From positions 192,001 to 256,000 of the forward strand of contig CAWFAD010000007.1 of the NCBI GenBank assembly GCA_963813815.1: 64,000 bases of DNA, written 5' to 3'. This DNA comes from an uncultured bacterium (GTDB lineage Bacteria; Krumholzibacteriota; Krumholzibacteriia; Krumholzibacteriales; Krumholzibacteriaceae). Shown one piece after another: positions 37,901-48,300 of the stretch. Both the position numbers and the translations under genes were made by a program. Position 1 is the stretch's first letter, and every line of letters starts with the position of its first letter. Under the pieces are notes generated by a model. The model searched no databases. It was not told the DNA's origin and saw only the letters and a list, made by a program, of their open reading frames with translations.

Positions 37901-37937
37901 GGCCAGATCATCGGGGATGATGTGGCCTTTTTTGTTT
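37901..37937 (+). terminator. Intrinsic terminator in the leader of the parA-CBM48 gene
   Basis: GGCCAGATCATC-GGG-GATGATGTGGCC (11 of 12 pairs) followed by TTTTTTGTTT. Confidence 0.7.
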
Positions 37938-37980
37938 CCGGGGGCGCCGCGCTCAGGCGCCCGGGGAGGTTCCGGCCGAC

Positions 37981-39054
37981 ATGAGAGTCATCGCTATCAT
38001 AAACCAGAAGGGGGGATGCGGTAAAACAACCGTCGCCGTCAACCTCGCGGCCGCATTCCGGGAGCTCGGGCGGAAGGTGCTCCTCGTCGATCTCGATCCG
38101 CAGGCGCACGCTTCGCTCGCCCTGAACGTCACGGCCGACGAAGTGGAGACGACGACCTACGACCTTCTCACCGATCCCCGCGTCAAGATCGCGGACGTGG
38201 CGGCGAAAGTCGACGGGGGTCTCTTCATCGTCCCCTCCTCGCCGGTTCTGAGCGCCTTCGAGCAGGAGCTCGCGGGCAAGCCGGGGCGCGAGAGCCGGCT
38301 GCTGGCGAAGCTCTCCCGCAATCCCGGCGACTACGATTACATCGTCATCGATTCTCCGCCGAGCATAGGGCTTTTGACCTTCAACGCCCTCATGGCCTCC
38401 GGCGAGGTCGTGATCCCGGTCGATCCGAGCTACTTTTCCGTTCAAGGGCTCGAAAAGCTGAGCGAGACGCTCGCGCTCCTCGAGCGCGAGACGAAGCACT
38501 CGATGACCGTGCACGTCCTCATGAGCAACGTCGAGCGCCGGACGGCCTTCAGCCGCGAGATCCTCGCCGAGGTCGAGCGCGAGTACGGATCGGTCATGCT
38601 GAGGACCATCGTCAGCCACTCCGTGCGGTACAAGGAGGCGGCCTATCGCGGCATGCCAATCTTCGGCATGAAGCACGTCGATCAGCTCCGCGAGGAGTTT
38701 CTCGCGCTCGCCGGAGAGCTCGAGTCCCGGGGCGCGACGCTCGCGGTGAAGAACCTCGACGAGTGGATGGTGCGCCTCCACGGACCCCGCCGCGTCGCCG
38801 AGGGCATCCTCTTCGTGCTGAACGCTCCGAACGCCCGCAACGTCTATCTCACCGGCGAGTTCACCAACTGGTCGAGCGAGGGGATCCGGATGGAGAAGGA
38901 CGAGCGCGCCGGGCTCTGGAAGGCCGTGTTGCACCTCGAGCCCGGAGAGTACGAGTACCGCTTTATCCTCGACGGCGTCTGGATCAAGGATCCCGACAAC
39001 ACCGATTCGGTCCTGAACGAGTTCGGCCAGGAAAACTCGCTCCTCATCGTGTAG
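37981..39054 (+). CDS. ParA/Soj-family ATPase fused to a C-terminal CBM48/AMPK-beta-type glycogen-binding domain
   Basis: KGGCGKTT, DLDPQA, IDSPP; C-terminal VYLTGEFTNW...GLW...LEPGEYEYRFILDGVWIKDPDN...NEFGQENS. Confidence 0.88.
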   Translation: MRVIAIINQKGGCGKTTVAVNLAAAFRELGRKVLLVDLDPQAHASLALNVTADEVETTTYDLLTDPRVKIADVAAKVDGGLFIVPSSPVLSAFEQELAGKPGRESRLLAKLSRNPGDYDYIVIDSPPSIGLLTFNALMASGEVVIPVDPSYFSVQGLEKLSETLALLERETKHSMTVHVLMSNVERRTAFSREILAEVEREYGSVMLRTIVSHSVRYKEAAYRGMPIFGMKHVDQLREEFLALAGELESRGATLAVKNLDEWMVRLHGPRRVAEGILFVLNAPNARNVYLTGEFTNWSSEGIRMEKDERAGLWKAVLHLEPGEYEYRFILDGVWIKDPDNTDSVLNEFGQENSLLIV

Positions 39055-39058
39055 TCCT

Positions 39059-39853
39059 ATGGCAACGCGACGCCAACCCCGCACGCTGCAGCAGGTCTCC
39101 CATCTCTTCCTGTCGTCGGGAGCGGACGCGGCGGAGCGCGGGCGGGCCCGGGCGGAGGGGATCGTGTGGATCGTGGCCGCCGGCAGGTCGGCGAACCGGG
39201 CGCATCTCGCCGCGGGTGCCGCGGCGGCTCTCGCCCGGCAGAACACGGCCGTATCGGTGTGCGAGCTCTCCGGCAATCTCCCCAACGTCGGATACTATTT
39301 CGGTCTCGAGCCGGCCGACTATCTCGCCACCGCCATCGATCGAAAGGCGCTCGTGACCGGGACGTGGAACGGCTCCGTGCGCTTCGCCTCCTCTCCGACG
39401 GGGGCGTCGCTCGCCTCCTACGGCGGGGTCGAGCCGCAGCGGGAACGGCCGCACGTCGTCGTCGCGGCGGCGACGGCCGCCGGGGGATCGGTTTCGCGCC
39501 TCTCGGAGGTCCTCGAGTCCTTCCTCGGGGCGTTCTCCTTGCGGGCGCGCGAGGGCCCCGCGAGGCCCGATGCGATCCTCGTCGCCTCGGGGGAGGAAGC
39601 GGGGATGCGCGAGCGGGAGATGGCGGAAGTCCTTCGGGCAAGGCAGCCCGAAGCCCTGCTCCTGTTTCTGGGGCGCGCCGCCGCTCCCCGCCCCCTCTGG
39701 GCGGACGAGCGTTTCGTCCTTCCGGATGATCTCGCTCGGACGTCCCATCGCCGCTCGCCTCCCGAGTCGCCATGGTTCGGCGAGCTCGCCGCGTTCCTCG
39801 TGCAACGGCTCGGCTCGCGCCGAAGGAGGAGCGCCGGTGCGGTCAACGAATAG
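39059..39853 (+). CDS. Hypothetical protein, possibly a degenerate MinD/FlhG-like fold
   Basis: Starts 5 nt after the parA stop; N-terminal QQVSHLFLS; HLAAGAAAALARQNTAVSVCEL....PNVGYYFGL resembles the post-P-loop MinD region without a P-loop. Confidence 0.55.
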   Translation: MATRRQPRTLQQVSHLFLSSGADAAERGRARAEGIVWIVAAGRSANRAHLAAGAAAALARQNTAVSVCELSGNLPNVGYYFGLEPADYLATAIDRKALVTGTWNGSVRFASSPTGASLASYGGVEPQRERPHVVVAAATAAGGSVSRLSEVLESFLGAFSLRAREGPARPDAILVASGEEAGMREREMAEVLRARQPEALLLFLGRAAAPRPLWADERFVLPDDLARTSHRRSPPESPWFGELAAFLVQRLGSRRRRSAGAVNE

Positions 39854-40211
39854 CTCTTCCGCGGGAGCGGCGGCGATCCTCGTCCTCGGTAGGCGGATCG
39901 CGGCGCCGGAGCCTCGCCGCCTGTTCGCGGCGTTCTGCCGCGAGGTGTCGCGGTTTTCGGATTCGATGCGGACGGAGGTTGCGCCGTTCGACATCACGTT
40001 CCGGGACGCCGCGGATTTTTCGATCACCGTCTCGCCGCTTCGCGATCTCTTCATCGTCTCCCTCGGCGAGGACCGCTCTTCGGACATCAGGGTATCCTCT
40101 CGCGAGAGCTTCTGCTTCGCGCTCGACAGCGCGCTGCGGCGGCGTCTCGCCGCCACGGCCGGGGGCGAGAGCGCCCGCGGCCTGCCGATCGACCCGGCCC
40201 GCTCGGAGTGA
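39837..40211 (+). CDS. Hypothetical protein (~124 aa)
   Basis: AGGAGG RBS then GTG 39837, overlapping the end of the upstream gene; genome-like codon usage. Confidence 0.5.
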   Translation: MRSTNSSSAGAAAILVLGRRIAAPEPRRLFAAFCREVSRFSDSMRTEVAPFDITFRDAADFSITVSPLRDLFIVSLGEDRSSDIRVSSRESFCFALDSALRRRLAATAGGESARGLPIDPARSE

Positions 40212-40313
40212 GCCCCGGAATTTTGCGCCTCGAGCCGTCCCGCGCACAAAATCGCTTTCGCTCGCATTGCGGAGTTATTATGTTATGGAAGGGGCAAGGA
40301 GCATGGAGGTGGG

Positions 40314-42134
40314 ATGATGAGGATGAAGGTGCTGCTCGCTGGATCGCTGGTCGCGGCGCTCACGTCGACGTCCTGCTTCTTCCAAAACGACCCCCTCGTT
40401 CCCAACCAGCCGCCGGTCATACTATCGTACGCGCCCGATATCACTTTCTTCAATCTCACGGTGCCGGATTCGTGCAGCTTCTGGCTCGCCGCGTCCGATC
40501 CGGACGGGGACGAAGTTCGCTTCCGCTGGCTCATGGGCGACTCGCTCCTCGGTTCGAGCGAAGCCGTCACCTTTCATGCAGTGAATTCGGGCGAATACGC
40601 CATCAGGGCCGAGGTGCGCGATGGCACGAGGTGCACGACCCACGACTGGTTCGTCACGGTCGCCAGGCTGAACGACGATCCGCCCCGCATCGAATGGTAC
40701 TACCCGGAGCAGGCGCAGATCGCCTGCGCCGTCGGCGACACCCTCGCCTTTCATCTCTCGGCTTGGGACGATTACCCCTCCTCGCTTCGGTACATCTACC
40801 GTCTGGACGGCACCGTGCTGCAGACCGGGCCTCCCGATCTCTTTAAGCGTTTCATGGAGAGCGGCGCGTTCGTTCTCGAAGGCATCGCGTGGGACGGCGC
40901 GCAGGGGGATACGATCGCATGGAACGTGGAAGTCACGGGGTATCCCGATACCCTCCTTCCCGGCGCGATCATCGATCTCTCCGGAGCTCCGGGGGATGTC
41001 GACGGATCGATTTTGCTCGAGTGGACCGCCCCGGGGGACGACGGATACGTGGGGCGCGCGGCTTCCTATATCGTGCGGACCTCGATCTACCCGATCGTGA
41101 CCGAAGAGGATTGGCGGGAGGCCGAGGGGAAGCTCGGCGAGCCGGTTCCGTCGGTGGCGGGCGCGAGCGAGCACATGACCATCAAGAACCTCGTCTCAGC
41201 GAGCGACGTGTTCGTGACCATGCGGGCCGTCGACGACTTTCTGAACCTGTCGCCCCGCGGCAACTGCGTCAAGGTGACCGTTCGCGGCATCGACGTCGCC
41301 GGCCGCGTGGTGGAGGCGAAAACGGGAGCCGGTCTTCCGGGAGTCATCGTATCGGCGAGCACGATGAGCGATACGAGCGGCGCGGACGGTTCATATATTC
41401 TCTCGAACGTTCCCTCCTACACGTCTTGGATCTCGGCGCGCGACGAGCTCGTGGGCGGGCAGCCGGGCGCTTACTATGATATCGTGCGTCCCATGCCGGC
41501 CGTCGAGCAGCTCGTGCATCTCGATTTTCAGATGATCGGGGTGTTCGGACTCGTCAGCACGGTGGAGCCGGATCTCTACTATCTGGGACGCTTTCTCCTC
41601 TTCTACAAGGGGATCACGAAAACCGCGGGAGACTATGGATTGCCGACGGTGTACCGGGGATGGAATCACTGGCCCATCGCCGTGTACAGCCCGGCGTTCG
41701 TCTGGGAGGGGCTCGATCTCAAGGCCGCGGCATCCGGGGCGATGGATGACTGGGAATCCTCCGCGGAGGCCGATGTATTCACCGAGGTCGCTTCCCCTGA
41801 GGAGGCGGACCTCGTGATCATGTACGATACGATATTGGATTATCAGCATAACGTCTCCATTCAGGAGTGCAACGCCGACGGAACGCCGAGCCTCAAGGTG
41901 CTTCGCATCTATACGCAGCACGACGACGTGCCGATCCTCGCCTACTCGCAGCTCGTGTTCGCGCACGAGCTCGGACACGTCATAGGGTTCGATCATAGCC
42001 GAAATGCCGGGCACTTGATGGTCGGTCTCACCATGCCCCAGTCGCATGTTCCGACCGCCGACGAAATCAACGCAGTCCGGTGCCTCTACCGTTTCCCCAA
42101 TATTTTCGACTATAGCTATGTAATCGAAGAATGA
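40314..42134 (+). CDS. Multidomain lipoprotein with Ig/FN3-like domains and a C-terminal metzincin (matrixin-like) protease
   Basis: Lipobox TSC; L.WTAPGDDG..G.A..Y; HELGHVIGFDH followed by a Met-turn (HLM). Confidence 0.75.
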   Translation: MMRMKVLLAGSLVAALTSTSCFFQNDPLVPNQPPVILSYAPDITFFNLTVPDSCSFWLAASDPDGDEVRFRWLMGDSLLGSSEAVTFHAVNSGEYAIRAEVRDGTRCTTHDWFVTVARLNDDPPRIEWYYPEQAQIACAVGDTLAFHLSAWDDYPSSLRYIYRLDGTVLQTGPPDLFKRFMESGAFVLEGIAWDGAQGDTIAWNVEVTGYPDTLLPGAIIDLSGAPGDVDGSILLEWTAPGDDGYVGRAASYIVRTSIYPIVTEEDWREAEGKLGEPVPSVAGASEHMTIKNLVSASDVFVTMRAVDDFLNLSPRGNCVKVTVRGIDVAGRVVEAKTGAGLPGVIVSASTMSDTSGADGSYILSNVPSYTSWISARDELVGGQPGAYYDIVRPMPAVEQLVHLDFQMIGVFGLVSTVEPDLYYLGRFLLFYKGITKTAGDYGLPTVYRGWNHWPIAVYSPAFVWEGLDLKAAASGAMDDWESSAEADVFTEVASPEEADLVIMYDTILDYQHNVSIQECNADGTPSLKVLRIYTQHDDVPILAYSQLVFAHELGHVIGFDHSRNAGHLMVGLTMPQSHVPTADEINAVRCLYRFPNIFDYSYVIEE

Positions 42135-42246
42135 GCCATTGTGGCGCTCGCGCTCGAATTGTAATGCCAATATGGCGTAGATAGCTTCTGTCTGCCCCGG
42201 CACTCTTGCTCGGCGCTCGCCCATCCAAATGTCATATTATTAATAA

Positions 42247-42301
42247 TATCAATATGTTAGGTGAATATTTTGAGACCTCGGCGCTATGGCATACTCGCTG
42301 C
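42247..42301 (+). promoter_or_regulatory. IHF site plus sigma54 (-24/-12) promoter upstream of clpB
   Basis: TATCAATATGTTA (42247-42259) matches WATCAANNNNTTR; TGGCATACTCGCTGC (42287-42301) has GG-N10-GC. Confidence 0.6.
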
Positions 42302-42344
42302 GAAGCAGCTATGGTAGGAAAACGCTGAAAAAGGAGCATATGGC

Positions 42345-44999
<2,655 letters not shown>

Positions 45000-45079
45000 G
45001 GGCTTCGTCCCGCCTCGTCGATTTCACGGGCCGCGAGCTTCGAATCGCGGCCCGCGGCGGCATCATGCCGCGTTTGCAA

Positions 45080-45109
45080 TTGACAGAGGCCCATCGGATA
45101 TGGTACTAT
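45080..45109 (+). promoter_or_regulatory. sigma70-type promoter
   Basis: TTGACA-N18-TACTAT with an extended TG. Confidence 0.65.
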
Positions 45110-45115
45110 CTAACT

Positions 45116-45240
45116 AACATCAGGAGGAAACTCATCGAGAGCATTTGCTATAGAAATGCGATTTGGAGTTTTTGAAAGGTTGCTTTTCTATAGCGAATGT
45201 TCTCCGAATATCCGGGCGGAGGACTCCGCCCGATTTTTTT
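45116..45240 (+). ncRNA. Candidate small RNA or structured leader (~125 nt)
   Basis: Lies between a promoter and a terminator; 28-bp hairpin 45137-45204 with five G-U pairs and one mismatch. Confidence 0.55.
45213..45240 (+). terminator. Intrinsic terminator
   Basis: CGGGCGGA-GGAC-TCCGCCCG followed by ATTTTTTT. Confidence 0.8.
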
Positions 45241-45335
45241 CGTAGGAGCGCATCGCTCGTACGCGCGGCGACCGGCTGCGGGCGGGCCGCGCGATTCGCG
45301 GCGTGAAACGCACCCATCACGAGGAGGAATTCTAC

Positions 45336-48300
45336 ATGCGACGGCTCATTCCCGTTATCCTCGCACTTTCGTTCTTCGTAGCGCCGGCGGCGACGGCCGT
45401 TTCGGCCTCGACGCTCTCGTACACCTTCGCGCTCGATCCATCCGGAGTTTCCCTGATCGACGACTCGCCGGACGGGGTGAAGGTCGCGATCGAGGGGTAT
45501 GAGCCGCTCGAATATTTCGGTTATCCGTCGCTTCCGTATCGCATCGTGCGCGTCCTGCTCCCGCAGGGCGAGTCGGTAAGCGCCTTCGACCTCGAAGTGC
45601 GGGATGAAATCGACGTCGCTCCGGGCGGGCCGCTCGCCGTGTACCGGGGCAGGGTGCGCGATGACGGCGCGACGGCCGGTCTCGCCGCCTCCGACCGGGA
45701 TCTGCGGACCGAGGAGGGGCTCTATCCGAAGTGGCGCGTCCGCCATCTCGGAACGAGCCGGTACCGCGGGTACGCGGTCGCGTCCTTCGCCCTCTATCCG
45801 GTTCGATGCGATCTCGAGAGCGGGGGGCTCCTCGTCGCCCGCGAGGTTCGTCTCACCGTGGAGACGGCGGGCGCCGCCATCGCGGAGGAAGGCGCGGATC
45901 GCAGGAGATTCGTCGAGGGCTTCCGCGAGGAGTCGCGTCGCGAAGTGGAGAGGATGGTCGTGAATCCGGAAGCGGCGGCAGGATACCTCTTCGACGAGAT
46001 CGGCGTCGATCCGGAAAGCCCCGCCTTTCTGCCGAGCTACGAGCCGAGCATGGAGGGGAGCGAGGTCGCGTACCTGATCGTGACGAACGAGGAGATGGCG
46101 CCGGCGTTCCAGCGGCTCGCCGACTGGAAGACGCGCAAGGGCATTCCCGCGGTGGTGCGGACGGTGGAATGGATCGGCGCGAACGCGCGGACGGGCGCCG
46201 ATCTCGCCGAGTCGGTGCGGAACTACATCCGGGACGCCTACGAGAAATGGGGCGTGGAATGGGTGCTGCTCGGCGGGGACACGGACGTCATCCCCGTGCG
46301 ATTCGCTTTCATGACCTTCTACACGGGAGAGCTCATTCCGACCGACATGTACTACGCGTGCCTCGACGGGACGTGGAACGCCGACGCCGACTCCCTCTGG
46401 GGAGAGGCGTATCAAAGCGTCGACGAGCCGGGCGACGCGTGCGATCTCTACGCGGAGGTGTACCTCGGCCGCATGCCCGCCTCGAGCGCGGCCGAGGCGT
46501 CGGTGCTCGTCAACAAGACGTTGAACTACGAAACCCCCGCCGCCGTCGATTACCAGCGGAAGACCCTGCTTCTCGGCGAGGTGATATTCTTCGACGAGAC
46601 GACCGGCGAAGTCCTCACCGACGGCGCGGAGATCGTCGAGAGCGTTTATACCTTGCATCTCGCCGGCAGATCGGACGTGACGACGTCCCGGCTCTACGAG
46701 AACTATCCGGCCTTCCCCGGCTCCGTTCCGCTCACGAAAGAGGTGGCCGTCGATTCGCTCGATGCCGGCACGAACCACGTCCTCCACGCCGGCCACGGCT
46801 ACAAGTACAACATGTCGGTCGGGGACGCGAGCATTCTGAACTACGACGCCAGCACGCTCGCGAACGGCACGAAACTCTTCTCGATGTACCTGCTGAACTG
46901 CACGAACCTCGCCTTCGACACGGATTGTCTCGCCGAGTATTTTCTGCTCAATGCGAACGGCGGGGCGTATGCCGTGACGGGAGCGACGCGTTCCGCGTTT
47001 CCGAGCGCTTCCCGTCCCTACCTCGACAACTATTACCATCTCCTCTACGGCGAGAACGTCGTGCAGCTTGGCAAGGTGTTCACGCAGTCGCGCGAGCCCT
47101 TTACCGCGAGCGCCGAGGGCGAGACGGCCGACCGGTGGACGCACTTCATCTACAACTACCTCGGTGACCCCGAGAGCTGTATGTTTCAGGGGGCGGCGCG
47201 GACCTTCGCCGTGACGAAGCCGACGTCGGCCGTGTACGGCGCGAACGACATCAACATCTCCGTGAGAAGCGGGGGGTTCCTGGTCGATTCGGCGTACGTC
47301 TGCGTGTACAAGCCGGGCGACGACTACCGGTTCGGCGCCGCCGACAACGGCATGATCGCCTTCAACGATTTTCTCGTCAAATCGAGCGGCTATATCTACT
47401 TCACGGTCACCGGCCTCAACCATTGCCGCTACCGGGACTCCATCATGGTCGCGGCCCAGACGCCGGCGTATCTGCGCTTCAACCGGGCACGGGTCGAGGA
47501 TGTCGTCGTCGGCAACGGCGATGACGCGCTCGATGCCGGCGAAACGGCCGATCTCGAGATCGAGCTCATGAACACGGGATTCACGGGGGCGACGAAGCTG
47601 TACGCGAAGATACGCTCTCGCGATCCCCTGGCGTCGGTTCTGGACAGCACGGCCGTCTACCCCGATATCGGGCCCTACCAGAAGGCCTTCGGCACGGATC
47701 CCTTCCGGATCGCCGTCGGATCGTCGTCGGCGGACGGTCACGCGCTCGAGTTCTCGCTCGAGGTGCGCGACTCGACGGGCGGGCTCTGGTCGGAGCGATT
47801 CGCGATCGAGGCGCACGGTCCCTCGCTCGAGCTTTTCGTCAACACGGTGAGCGACACGCTCCCCTACGGCGATAACGACGGCGTCATCGAGGCGAACGAG
47901 AGCTATCTCGTTCGGATCGGCGTCAAGAACTTCGGCACGGGCGAGGCCTACGGTCTCGCCGGCACGCTCGCCTCGAGCGATCCCGACGTGACGATCGTGG
48001 ATGGGACCGCCTCATACGATCCCGTCCAGCCGTTCGGCACGCGGCTCGGCCAGGGATTCGTGATCAGAGAGAAGACCGTCGCGGAATCGAACTACCTCAC
48101 CTTCACCCTGACGGACGCCTACGGCCGGGCGTACAGCCGGAGGATCGAGCTCCGCAGGCCAGGCGCCCCCTCCACGCTCGTGTTGAACTCGGGCTACGGC
48201 CCCTACGAGATGCACGCGACCTGGCGGGCGCCGGACGGCCTCGATAGCTATCGCTATCGCGTGTACCGGGCCGACGCCTCGGGCGGGCCGTACTCGGCGG

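Noticed and set aside
37981..39054. Chromosome-partitioning parA/soj or a plasmid/prophage par locus
   Set aside because: No parB, origin-region genes, replication or phage genes nearby, and the CBM48 fusion argues for another role.
42139..42225. Possible CIRCE (HrcA) operator upstream of clpB (GGCACTC, TGCCAA fragments)
   Set aside because: Half-sites do not form the 9-N9-9 inverted repeat.
45156..45245. 29-codon ORF MRFGVFERLLFYSECSPNIRAEDSARFFS inside the candidate sRNA
   Set aside because: Its ATG is buried in the long stem, far from the AGGAGG, and the ORF runs through the terminator; not supported as a CDS.
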